A DNA stretch of 64,000 nt. Source: Camelus ferus (lineage: Eukaryota). A program made the position numbers and the translations under genes. This document shows positions 41,276 through 53,020 of the stretch, in pieces (position 1 is the first letter of the stretch; every line of letters starts with the position of its first letter). The stretch covers positions 20,834,001 through 20,898,000 of the forward strand of contig NC_045697.1 of the NCBI RefSeq assembly GCF_009834535.1. Direction: 5' to 3'. The notes under the pieces are model-generated. The model saw only the letters and a list, made by a program, of their open reading frames with translations. It ran no database searches and was not told the DNA's origin.

Positions 41276-43029
41276 TGGTTTTCTGATTAGAGAACTAAAT
41301 CTTCTGTTAGAACATATTCAGATGAACTCTTGGGGGTTAAAAGACCATCTTCATGTTGGAAACTAATGTTTTAGGAACAAATCAAGTGTAATGTATAGAT
41401 ACAAGTGAGTAAGAGTTCATGGGTGATGTAAAACATGAATGGACCTTACAAGAGAACTAGATTTTCAGTACGTTGGAAAAATAATTATGGAAAGTGAATA
41501 TAATGCATTTGTCCCTTCTTCTTCTAGTCATTTTTATGTGATTCCCTAAGCATAGAAAGCCATGATATTTCCTTCTTCCCATGTCTTAAAGAAATGCTAA
41601 AGACATGGATGGTGATGAGACAAATAGTTCTTGCTTTATATATTACTTCTCTCTGTTGCCAAATACTTTGCTAACTCAAGGAGTTAAAAAAAATGTCATC
41701 CTCAGAGTGGGCCATAAGAAGGGGCAACCTGACGAAATAGAATAGAAATAAGAATCCCACTGCAAGATAATTACAGAATCATGTACAAACCTTTAAAGGT
41801 TAATGAGCTCTCTAGAGAAGATGAATGACAGTGCTGGAATCCGTTGTCTGACTATAATCCATTTTCAACATAATCCTAGTTGTGAAGATTTGACATATTA
41901 CAGGTAATTTGGGGTGAATGTTAACTGTGAAAATGGTAATTTAAGTATTGTGAGTGTAACTGATACTCAAACATCATTTGGTCAAGAGATGAAACAAGAG
42001 AATTTAAAATTTAGTGACTAGAAAAACTAAAGCACACTTTAATGATAAGAAGCAAAGTAAATGACTGGAGGATGATCTTTGAATTCATTCATCTAGATGG
42101 GAGGTCAGATGAATCCTATCTTTTGAGTCCTCTTTTATGTGAATTTTTAAGTATATAATTAAGCAAAATTATTTCTTATTTCTTTCTAGTCAAATAGCAT
42201 CATGATAGGAAAGAAAAAAATGACACAAATAGAAAAATATTTAGCAAAATGCACCTGAAACACCTAGATTGCTTTTACACTAGAGGCATAAGGTATGATA
42301 CTTTTTGAAATAGAATATTCTACTTCATAGTTAATATAAGATCACACACTCTATAGCAAAACAAAGATTTTAGCATGGACATATATGAGGGCAGTCAATT
42401 CATTAATCGAGGAATAAGTTAAAGAAAGAATAATTTGTAAAATTAAAGTAATAAAATTAGTAAAATTAAATTTTATTTTGTATAATAAAGACAGATTACT
42501 CAAACATTTTAAAAAATGTGTATTGCAAATAAGAGAAACCTTGATAAAATACATAAATTATTGCTTATATTTATGCTTGTCCTCATGTCAATCTGCATAT
42601 GGAGAATCTTATTATTATTATTATTATTAATATAATAAAGAGGGTAGATATTTACTGAAAATGATCCAGTCCATTTTATTGCTCCAGTAACTGTGTTAAT
42701 CACTTTAAGTGCATTATTTTATTTAAGTGTGTTAGCAAATTTACAAAGTTTGTATTATTGTTATTAGTGATATTATATAATAAGGTTACTGAGATTTTCA
42801 TGGTCACGTGATTTATCCAAAGTTACATAGCAAGTAAGTCGAGAAATTAGAATTTTAATTCAAGAGGTTTCCGGTTAGAAATTGAATTTTTAACATTATC
42901 ACTTTGATATTCTCACTTTTATAAAAATTAAAATGAGACATAATAATTTTATTCAAATTTTAATGCTTAATAAAAGTGGCCAGAAATAGCTTTGTATTGG
43001 TCTATATAAATAAGTTATAAGGTGTTAGA

Positions 43030-43358
43030 TGTAGTTGGGTTCTCCAGAAAAGAAGCCAATAGTAGATAAATAGATAAATCTCTTTCCAGAAGACTGGAAA
43101 CTCAGGCAGGGTTTCCTTGTTGCAATCTTGAGGAGAATTTTTTCTACTTTGGGAATCTTTAGTCTTTGCTCTTAGGACCTTCAACTAATTGGATGAGGCC
43201 CACCTATGTTATGGAAGACAATCTGCTTTACTCAAAATCTGATTTAAATATTAATCACATCTAAAACATAACTTTACAGCAACATTTGGACTGGTGTTTG
43301 ACCGAAACAACTGGGCTCCATGGCCTAGAAAAATTGACAAATAAAATTAATCATCACA
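43030..43358 (-). mobile_element. MLT2 (MLT2D-like) ERV-L LTR
   Basis: GGGTTCTCCAGAAA...CCTTCAACTAATTGGATGAGGCCCACC...ATCTGCTTTACTCAAA...TGTTTGACCGAAACAACTGGG...TTGACAAATAAAATTAATCATCACA. Confidence 0.92.
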
Positions 43359-46099
43359 AAAGTCAAATCCATAAGCATAACTAAACTTTGTCATCCTGAG
43401 AAATCTAAAATAAATGAGCCAACAGTGATTCACCCAGTGTTACCTGAGGGGTATTATAATAATAAATGAGAGAGAGAGAGAGAGACTACTCTGTTTCTAC
43501 TTGTCAGATCTCTTCCTTGACCACGAAATCCTTACAATAAATTTTATTATTGTTTAAGGTAGTCAGTTTTCTTGGTTAGTTAGTTTTTCTGTGACTTGCC
43601 ACCAAATAAGCCTAACTTTTATACGTTATTAAGTTTGACAAAAAGTAAACAGACAAGTTACTAGAATGTACAAAATAACTTTCTATAACAATCCGTTTCT
43701 TACAAGGACTACATTGAAGTGAAAAAACAAAACAAACAAACAAAAAACTCTAACTTTTTCTTGAGATTCTAAACTGAATTCTAAAACTAAAATATGAATA
43801 TGAATTAAAAGTCGTTTCTATACATTATAATACAAAATCACAGTGCTTGAGCTATTATGTTATTCATATGCTAGATTTAACTTAAAGAAATCAAGATATG
43901 TCTAGAGGAGATGGCAAGGCATGGAAGAATTCTTTAATTTTATAATTATAGTGATTTAAATGTTCATGAATTAACTTCATACCTCTTCTTACATTAAAAA
44001 TATGCTAAAATGAATTTGCACCTGAGTTATTTTAAATGATTAATATATGCAAAAATCTGCATTTAATCTAAATACTATACTTATGATTTTTACATTTGTG
44101 TTGCTTTTGTACAAGTAGGATGATCATTTATTGATTTTGTTCAACAGACTGATGTATGTTTTAAATGTTCTGTCTTCTTTCAAACACTTAATAGTTCTTT
44201 AAAAATGTTAACACTAGAAAAGTACAAGTCAAGACACTTTCTCTTGGATCTCAGTTTTCTTATAGGCAAAATGTGAAACTGTATGAAATTTTAATAAAAT
44301 ACATAACAGTTTTTAAATTAAATTTGAATCATTATGTGATATATTCTAAATACATGAATATGTATACATGCATCGATAAACTTTTGCAAGATGAAAAGAC
44401 CCAACATTTTAGTGAGCAGGGAGTAAATAAAAGTTTTAGTGAGCAAAGAAACAAAAACAGTATAATCTTTTCAGTAAGTCTGTTCATATTTGATTAATAG
44501 AACAATTGCCTTGTGGATACTATTTCTATATAACAAAGAAGGGACTCTAGGCTTAAACAGGGCATAAAGCACAGAAAAGCATGTGGTACGGTCTATGCTC
44601 GTGATTGAAAAGAGCAGCTATTGCTCCCTTTGCTAAAAACGTTTGAGTGTAGAAAGGCTGAACAGTTATGATCATGAAAGACACTGAGTTTGCAAATGTT
44701 CTTCCCAGAGCCAGGGGAGCATTTCAAAGTACTACTTGGAAGGAAGATAGAAACATGATCAGAATCCCCGAAATCCCAGAGACAATTCTATCAGTATTTT
44801 CATGGGCTTCCGTAATGGGGTATCACATTTCCAGCAAAGTGCTGAACTTTCCTGCTGCTGTCAAGCATTTAGTGTCTTTCCAGTGGTAGGTTTAAAAAAA
44901 TCAGCATTTCTACTCCAACTTTTGGAAGTCCTTTTGAAAGGGGAAAATTAAATAAAGAACGTACTGTGAATACTGAGACGGGGAGATTTTTCCAAACGTT
45001 TTATTTTAGAATAGCACAGCAGACAATGGAATGATGGCTGTATAAGATTATTTTTTAAATCATGTGCACTTTTTTGTTTCGTACATGCCAGATTTTCTAA
45101 TATTTTCTTTGTCTAGCTTAAAATATTTAGAACAGGAGAGAGCAATTTCCCTTCAGAATTCTGAGTGTGAGATTTGTGAGCTAAATTGAAGTCTCCATAA
45201 AAATGGAAGAAGCAAAGTTATTTAAAAGAGAAGACCACAGAAGCAAAAGGGAAACAATGCATATATTTTTCACCTGTTAGGAAATAATAAAGCAAGCACT
45301 GGCTTGTGCAGGAGCTGAAAAATAATTTTTCTATCTAAATAATTTCACAGCATACATTAGCCATTCCTTCCAGACATAAGCGTGATGATTTTCCGTAATA
45401 CTGTTAATAGAATGGAATTGATACATGCGAACAAACTGAGATTGGCAGAGGGTAGTCTTGGATATATTTGGGATACACTTCCCTAAAGATAATATGACAT
45501 ATAACCATTAAATATATATTTGTAGTGGGGTAGACTGCTCCTTCTGAGTTTGTTATGAACATTTTTCATTGTTTCTGGGTAATGTCTTTTTTCCCACTGA
45601 TTTCTCTCACTAAAGAAAACTTAAGGTTAATAGTTTGTCATGAGCTTTTGCTAATGCTGTATGTTCCAGCATGTCTCTAAAGAAATGTGAGATAATAATT
45701 TACTTGAATTAGGGAAAAAATAAATTTTTAGTTCCACCTGAATCTAAACATTAGTTAAGTTTTTACAAAGATAAAATTTTGTATATTCCAAATATACTTA
45801 AACAAATTTTCATAAAATAAGACAGAATGGCATCCCAGGATATGCATCCAGGATCTCAGTCACACTGTGGGAAAGTCTGTGTAAACGATCATTTTTGTTG
45901 TTGTTGTTGCATTAATAGTCCAATATTCATGCATTTGTTTTCTTATTTGACTATAATAAACTCCCTCACTTTGAGTTGATAATGTTAATTTTTGTTATAA
46001 CTTGCAGGGCACTACCTTGATTATACAAGTCATCATTAATATAAATTAAGTAATTGGCTAAAGATCACATTTTCCAAGTGACTGAATATATTATTCTTG

Positions 46100-46233
46100 T
46101 ATTGTTTGTTTTATGAAGGGAAGGTAATTAGGCTTATTCATTTATTTCTGCTTGGAGGAGGTCCTGGGGATTGAACCCAGGACCTTTTGCGTGCTGAGCA
46201 TGTGATCTACCACTTGAGTTATACTGTTCCCCC
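46100..46233 (-). mobile_element. tRNA-derived SINE, camelid (Vic-1-like)
   Basis: CTGGGGATTGAACCCAGG (reverse B-box GGTTCAATCCC), CTACCACTTGAGTTATA (reverse A-box), tail segment GGTAATTAGG. 17-bp TSD TGAAT(A/G)TATTATTCTTG at 46083-46099 and 46234-46250. Confidence 0.9.
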
Positions 46234-46259
46234 TGAATGTATTATTCTTGATACTTCCT

Positions 46260-46790
46260 TCTGTCTCTTCTGTGCAAAAATCTGACCTATATGATCAAAT
46301 AATTTCAGCTCTATCTTTTTAATATATCCAGAATTTATCATTTCTCACTACCTTCACTGCTACCACCTGGGTCTAAGTACCAAACTACCTAGTACTTTTT
46401 TCAAAAGCCTCCTGACTGATTTCCCAACAGTCTATTTCTAACATGGTAGCCAGTATGGTCCTCTTAAAATATTTTAGACCATATTATTTCTCTGTTATGA
46501 GGCAGCAGTGATTCTTTTCTGAACATTCTAAACAAAATGGCGTTACTAACTCCACACTCACTCTCTAAACCCTTTTTAGATGCTTTAATCGTCTCAGAAA
46601 CACTCATAACCATGTGACATCCAACATTCTTGTGTATTTATTTGTTTACTATTTGTTTTCCCTACAGTAGTATAATGAAAGGGAGTAAAGTCAGGGACTT
46701 TATTTTCCTCACAGTGATATCTCCAGTGCCTAAAAACTTGCTGGTTCACTATAAGCGCTGAATAAATACCCATTGAATAAGTGAATGAAA
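46260..46790 (+). mobile_element. L2 LINE 3' fragments
   Basis: ATATCCAGAAT...CTCACTACCTTCACTGCTACCACCTGGGTCTAAG; CAGGGACTTTATTT...TCCAGTGCCTA...AATAAATACCCATTGAATAAGTGAATGAA. Confidence 0.75.
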
Positions 46791-46829
46791 TTAAGTACAC
46801 ACCAAGATTCATGATTGCAACAAAAATAA

Positions 46830-48100
46830 AATTAGCCTGATAATTGTACATTGATTTAAAAAGGTAATCTCCTTTAATGTAGATTCATTTTATCACTGGA
46901 AGGCAAACAATTATGGTCAGGAAGGTCCCTTTGACACTGAAAATTGAGCGTTTTTCCCTTAGAGGCTTTTATCTCTTCAATATCGGAGAACATATTGGAC
47001 ACTGATAAACTAAAAGGTCAAACTTTGCAAACCTATATCTATGAATTCTACCTAGGGATTAGAATAATCAAACCAGTGCTGAGGGGAAACACCAACTGGG
47101 CACCAGTAAATCTACTGCTTCTGCAATGAATGATAACTGTCAAACAATATAAATTGCTGGGTGTTGGGGGGATTATAAGGAGACAGCAGAAACTGTCTAA
47201 GAACTGCATCAAGTATAGGGTGTTTTACACCCTGCCCATAGTATTTCCAACAGCCTGGTACCACCGGTAAAAAAGCCAGTGACTCATGGTGGACAATTAT
47301 AGACTACTGAGAACTGAACAAAGGAGTGTCCTCCCAACCATATGGCTGTGCTGAGCATTGCCACCATCTTTGATTCCTTGGCCATGGTCCTAGGAGCATA
47401 CCATGTTGTACTGAACTTAGAAAATGCTTTTTTTCAGTATACCATTCGCTGCTGAGTGTGATCAATTTGCCTTCACGTGCGAGGGATAACCATGGACCTT
47501 CCAAGTGCTTCCCCAAGGCTACCTGCACAGCCCCACTGTATGTCATGGGATCGTAGCCTGAGAGATGTCCCTATTCTCTTTCCCCACATCAGTAAAATGG
47601 GCCCATGAAACTGATGATACAATCTTCATAACAGAAGACTTGCCTCTGCTGCAGAACACTGTGTAGACTTTGCTGGAACATCTGTGAGGAAGAGGAAGAA
47701 AGGGAGGCCCACAGAAAATTCAAGGCCCAGGTACTGCCATAAAGTTTTTGTGCATGATTTGGTCAAGTAAGTCATGTGTTGTCCCAAAAGCTGTGACCGA
47801 TAAGATGATAGCCTACATTAGCCTCTAAAACCATGAAAGCGATTCAAGCCTTTGTATAGTTTCGGGGGCTTTGGAGAACTTTTGTTTTCCACCTGGCACA
47901 GTGCCTCTGTCCCTTATGCTCTTGGTAAAGAAAGGGCACATATGGAACTGGCGATCAGAGAAGCGAGCTGCCTTTGAGAGGGCAGAAATACTAGTGAGAC
48001 AGAGCAAAGCTCTGAGTATCTTTCAAGCAGGGCTACCATTTGAGTTAGATCTATCTGTGACTTAGGAAGGTATGGATGGGGCATTGTGGCAGAGACAAAA
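46830..48100 (+). pseudogene. pol: Class III (ERV-L/ERV-S-like) pro-pol remnant: protease C-part, reverse transcriptase, tether
   Basis: Manual translation: CTLI..GN, ISSISENILDTD.L.GQTLQT, KPVLRG..WAPVNL, VKQYKL, NSLVPPVKKP, DY*ELNK, YHVVLNLENAFFSIP, DQFAFTCEG*PWTFQVLPQGYLHSPTVCHG (LPQG at 47508-47519), WAHETDD (decayed YxDD, 47604-47618), PQKIQGPG.AIKFL, LVKKGHIWNW...AAFERA...LPFELDLSVT..ALWQRQ. Multiple stops and frameshifts. Confidence 0.93.
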
Positions 48101-48700
48101 TGCCTATATACCCCGATAAAGGTCCTAGCAGTGTACCCGGTCCTCCCTCAGGTAGTGCCTCTCACAAAGAAACAGCATATCATACTGCTAACCTCCCTCT
48201 TCTCAGGGCCAGATGGACATGTTCTGTTTCTCACTGGTCCAATCATTTGACCTCCGTGTTTTCCCCTGCATTGGCCTGGAGGATGTTGTAGCACACACAA
48301 AAGCCCTTAGTAACCTCACCCAGCAAGACTTAAATGATAGAGGGTAAGGCCTGTCTTTACTGGACTCTGAAACATCTCTAATGAGAAAAACTGTCCTTCG
48401 AAATAGGATGGGCTTGAGCATTATTATTTCTTCAAAAGGAGACACTTGCACAATTATCCAAGCAGAATGTTGTATGTTCATACCTGATGAGTCTGTTAAT
48501 GTATCATCTTTGTTCAATCAAATGAGGACACAACTGAATACTTTGAGTGATCGGACTCCAATCCTAGGGGACTTATTAAATCAGTGACTTGGATAATGGG
48601 GCTTTTTTGGTGAAAAAGGTGTTACTTATTTTGGGAATCACTATCTTAATCTGTGTTTCTCTTGCATGTGCCTAATGGTTGCTGTGGTGTCTTCCTCTTC
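48101..48700 (+). pseudogene. env: Retroviral env remnant (SU C-terminus plus gamma-type TM)
   Basis: ANLPLLRARWTC|SVSHWSNHLTSVFSP, then after a frameshift IGLEDVVAHTKALSNLTQQDLND..LSLLDSETSLMRKTVLRNRMGLSIIISSKGDTCTIIQAECCMFIPDES (ISD-like LRNRMGL and CX6CC), then hydrophobic VLLILGITILICV. ORFs 48076-48291 and 48381-48587 are pieces of it. Confidence 0.93.
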
Positions 48701-48774
48701 TTTGCTGACAACTCAGGTCACGTTGCAGAAGAGGGGATGCATGTAAGATTAAGAACCAGTCATGAGGGTTGGGG

Positions 48775-49151
48775 TGTTGGAGGAAGTTATCCAGGGACAT
48801 GACCTCTGACTGACCCCCTTGAGCTGCATCTGGGCAATTGGATGTTCCTCCCTCACCCCATCCCTGAAATGTATGTTCCGCCCACCGTTCCCACAGTGAA
48901 AGCCATTTTCAAGCATGCAGCCATGAGAGAGCAACGTGCTGTTGAGACCATGTGGATGGTGAACATACATGACTGGACCCAGTTAAGGCTTCTATATCAA
49001 CTTTTAAGATTCTAGCAGGTGGGTGAAGAAATCTACTCACTTTGTAAGTTCCTTTGCTCATTGATCCTGTCACCTACCAACCTGGAGTGGCCAGCCTCTT
49101 TCTTCAGTCTCTTCTTGCCTTTTGTGTATGAGGTCCAGTTTGCCAACCAAC
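48775..49151 (+). mobile_element. 3' LTR of the proviral remnant
   Basis: Follows env and a PPT-like GAGGGTTGGGG (48764-48774). Starts TGTTGG and ends CCAACCAAC. Colinear with the solo LTR at 17807-18206. Confidence 0.85.
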
Positions 49152-49962
49152 TGTATACATGTATATACTCAAATAAATTGTGTTTTTACTAATTAACTTT
49201 AGGACCACTAGAAATTATGCTTTTAAAAAATTATCCCAGTATGCATAGGGTTACTATTATTTTTCCTAACTGGCCTTTTCATAAAGTTTTACCATTCATC
49301 CAAAGCTGGGCTTTTTGTATCACATTTTGTTTCTTGAAGTATGGTCGTTTTCTGTGGAGGAAATAATACATCAAGCATACAGAGTGTGCATCTTTGTCAG
49401 GGAGGGGTGGAGAGGAATGTGAGATGTGAATTCTGTTCTGCCCACAGCCTTTGTCAGCTAGCAGCAAGGAAAAACAATGGCTATAAAAATCTATTGCTCT
49501 AGAGGAAAAGAAATAGGCAGCAGGTACAGTCGCTTTAAAAAGACAGTGATAGCAATTTTTGTTACTGTTTGCAGCTGTGTTTTTCTGCCAAAACAAACAT
49601 GACTGTGTTGTGTCTCACCATTTCTCTTTCTGTATCTCTTAGTGAGGAGAAAGGGAAATTCTCACTTTATTGATGAGTTAAATCCTAATTTTCAGAGGCA
49701 AAGAGAGGGAGGGAAATGTTCTCAAGTGTTTTCATGGATGTTACTCAGTATTTTAGTTTGCTGTTGGAAAGTTGATGGACAGGATTATTATTATTTTTCT
49801 CTTGACTAACAATGCTATCTCTAATTTGCCAGTTTCTAAATTACAAATCAGCAATTTCATTGGCCATAATTTACCACATCCACATTTACAACATTTTTTT
49901 CACCAGATAGGTATGTATCAACATCAAATCTCCTAAAATTTGGCAAAGAGAGAGTGGATGTG

Positions 49963-49965
<3 letters not shown>

Positions 49966-50017
<52 letters not shown>

Positions 50018-50044
50018 AGAGTGAGAGAGAGAGAGAGAGCGCGC
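49966..50044. repeat. Compound microsatellite (TG)~23 + (GA)n + (GC)3
   Basis: Read directly from the sequence. Confidence 0.97.
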
Positions 50045-50319
50045 TGTTTTAAAATTTAGATAACGGTTTAACTCTCTGACCAATAATTCAGAACAAAGCA
50101 TCATCAATTTAAGGATGCTTACCCTTAAAGGTTTTTGTGTCAGTTATTTAAGGTTCATTGAATGTTAACGAGTCTTTTGGCAAAGCAAAAAGCAGAAAAT
50201 GGAGTCTACCTTTAATAAGCACTTTCAGGGCGATTTCTAAGTAAAAAAAAAAAAAAAATCAACTGCAAAAAAGTGAGACTTCAAATGGGAATTATATTTA
50301 ATGACTATTGTTTTAGCAC

Positions 50320-50605
50320 CGTATTAGTTTCCTATTGCTGCTATAAAATTTCTCCAAGTTAAGTGGTTTAAAATAATGCAAACTCATTAACTTATAGTTC
50401 TAGACATCTAAAGCACAAAATAGGTTTCTCTGGGCTAAAACCAAGGTGCCTGCAATGCTCAGTTCCTTTTTGGAAGTTCTAGGGAAGAATCTCCTTTATT
50501 GCTTTTTCCAGCTTCTAAAGGCTGACAGAATTCAATAGCTCGTGGTCCCCTTCCATCTTCAAAGGCAGCAATGGGGCAGTAGATAGATGAGTCAGTTCCA
50601 CATCT
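50320..50605 (-). mobile_element. MaLR LTR, MLT1C/D-like
   Basis: GTATTAGTTTCCTATTGCTGCTATAA...AGTGGTTTAAAATAA...GGGCTAAAACCAAGGTG...TCTAGGGAAGAATC...TTTTCCAGCTTCTA...TTCCATCTTCAAAG. Confidence 0.9.
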
Positions 50606-50608
50606 CTA

Positions 50609-50710
50609 GGGTAGCAGAATATGCCACCCCAGAATATGCCTCTTTGGTTATTTTGAGATTATTTTGAGCTGATTTTTTTGAGAAACTACAGACATAGGAG
50701 AAGCTCTTTC
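50609..50710 (+). mobile_element. ERV1 LTR 5' fragment (MER34-like)
   Basis: CAGAATATGCCACCCCAGAATATGCCTCTTTGG...ATTATTTTGAGCTGA...GAGAAACTACAGACATAGGAGAAGCTCT. Confidence 0.65.
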
Positions 50711-51559
50711 TTAATCTGTCTTTTATTATAGGGAGGCTCAGCCAAACCTCAGAGAGTATATGTTTATAATAAAGTATATTCATTAACGAATTAGATTCAT
50801 TAGCATTATTACTAAAATACTATGTGACAAAGTAGGGAATAACTTCCAATAGCTCAGGGAAACCTGCAAGATGGAAATGCTCTTATTTTTGACTCTCACT
50901 TTATAGATTTTTTTTTTAGAGTAGAAATGCCTTGACTACTAGATGCCACTGACTGAGGGGAGTTAACTTCAATGCTGTATCAATCTAATTTTCATTAGGC
51001 CTTTTTATAATTTTTATCCCACTGACAATATAGAAGAATAAAAATAATTTTGATCTAAAAAGCATCTATGGCTTTGGAAATTCTGAAAAAAATGCTATTT
51101 TAATTATTTCTTGACAGTTCTTCATAAGTTCCAAGAGTATCTATGAAATGCCAAGTTGTTTCCATGAGGTATGAATCAGTCTAACTTCATTTTGGAAGAA
51201 ATGTTGATCGAAAGTCTTGAACAATTATTGCATACTAGGTGCGGGATAAACAAAGATGAAAAAGACACTGACCATTTCTGTGAAATGCACCATCATACTA
51301 GAAATACACTCAGAGTATTAGGGAGATAAGGAAAGGACATTTAAACAGCTTCAGAGTCAAACATCTTGTAGGAGGTGATAATTTGATTTTTTGAAAGGAG
51401 TAAGATTAATTTATGAGCTCATACAAGAAGAAAGAGTAAAATGTATTTAGAGTTTCATTATTCTTTGCATCTGCTCCAATTTGACAAGTTCTTAGATTCA
51501 ATGGAATCACTATTTTTCAAATCCTAACAAGATGAAACATAAGCGTAATTGTAAAAAAA

Positions 51560-53020
51560 AATACAATTAGTTCATGAGGAAGGGTAAGACAGAGTCTGTG
51601 GTACTAGATTAGAGTCAGAGTATCAAAAATGAATAAGACACTTTTACTTTATATACAGATAGATATATACACACACACATACACATATGTATATATTTTT
51701 TTATATGGCTTACTATACATACATATATTTCAAACTATGTTGAGAGAGCCTAGAAGCAGTGACACCCCAGTAACAATGAGCAATTCAGCACTACATCATA
51801 GTTTACAAACACCTTTCCATAATATAAACCAAGTTTTCCTGAAGTGATGGCTGATTCAAGGGCTGGGGCAGGGATTATATAAGATAAGCCGAGTACACTA
51901 TGTAGTTTCGGAAAGTGAGAAAGTGCTTATAAAAACGATGACATATGTCAAAAAGATATTGGAGCCAACCATTCAACAGTCTCAATGGCCCAAGCTAGAA
52001 CAATTTGAGCAACAAAATAATAATGAGAGTAGTAGATTATCACCCAGATCATAAACAGAAATATACATGAATCCACATTGATATGAATAAATTATTGAAT
52101 AAATCAAAGGATAAGAAGCAATAGAGTTTTTAACAGAAGAATTCCTCATACATGTAGAAAGGATGAAGAAAAGAGAATATTAACATTAGAATATTATAGC
52201 AATAATTGCTATAAGTAAGTCCCTAGATGAATGCTAAAATTATTGTGAAAATTTAAAGCAGAAACAATATATTCTGCAGTGTCAAAGTAATTTCCCCAAA
52301 TATTAATTAATAGATCTGGCAGTTTTATTATATATCTATAAATTATTTGATACTTTTCTTTCCATGAGGTGTTTTACTTCCCTCTCCTTGAGAGTAGGCT
52401 GGATATAGTGACTTCTTCTAAGGAATAGAATATGAAAAAGAAAAAAAATACTCATTTTATAGTTGAGAAATCTAGCGGACACCCCCTTAACCAAGAAATT
52501 AAGATTAAAATTAACAATTGTAAGTCATGCCAGTATCATATTCTACCTGATATTATGTGATAAGAATGTCTTTTTACCACAGCTGTATTATACCCCCAAA
52601 ATGTATAACCCAAATCTAATCATAAGAAAACATTAGACCAACCTAAATCAAGGGATATTCTACAAAATACTTTGCCAGAACTCATCAAAACTGTCAAGGT
52701 CATGAAAAAGAAGGGAATGCTGATATTCTGTCATAGACAGGATACTAAGGAGATATGATGACCAAATACATTATGGTGCTCTAGAATGGATCCTTTACCA
52801 GTAAAAGATCATTAGTGGGAAAATATAATAAAATCTGAATAAAGTATTATAAGTGCTAATAAAATGTTAATAAAGTCTAACAAGTGGTGATGTATTAGTT
52901 TTTAAGTATGTACCATCATTACAGACAATGTTAGTATTAGGGGATGCATGAAAGTTCATGCGGACTCATTAAATCATCTTGACAAGTATTTAGTAAATCT
53001 AAAATGATTTCAAAATAGTT
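51560..53020 (+). mobile_element. Ancient L1 3'UTR (L1MD/L1MC-like)
   Basis: GAGAGAGCCTAGAAGCAGTGACACCCCAGTAACAATGAG, GATGGCTGATTCAAGGGCTGGGGCAGGG, AAGCTAGAACAATTTGAGCAACAAAATAA, GAAATCTAGCGGACACCCCCTTAACCAAG, TCAAAACTGTCAAGGTCATGAAAAA, GTAAATCTAAAATGATTTCAAAATA. Confidence 0.88.

Noticed and set aside
40700..43358. ERV-L pol fragment and MLT2 LTR as one provirus
   Set aside because: They are in opposite orientations, with ~1.7 kb of unrelated sequence between them.
46150..46233. tRNA gene
   Set aside because: The A/B boxes belong to a SINE with tail and TSD; no intact cloverleaf is evident.
48381..48587. Env TM ORF as a functional syncytin-like gene
   Set aside because: Only 68 aa, with no signal peptide or SU, an upstream frameshift and stop, stops before the membrane anchor, and a degenerate ISD.
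17807..49151. Two related LTRs as the ends of one giant 31-kb provirus
   Set aside because: The upstream LTR sits inside another LTR with host sequence on both sides, has no PBS or gag after it, and the interval is ordinary ancient-repeat-bearing genomic DNA.
50933..50951. CTCF-like motif TGACTACTAGATGCCACTG
   Set aside because: It mismatches core positions of the CTCF consensus and is unsupported without ChIP data.
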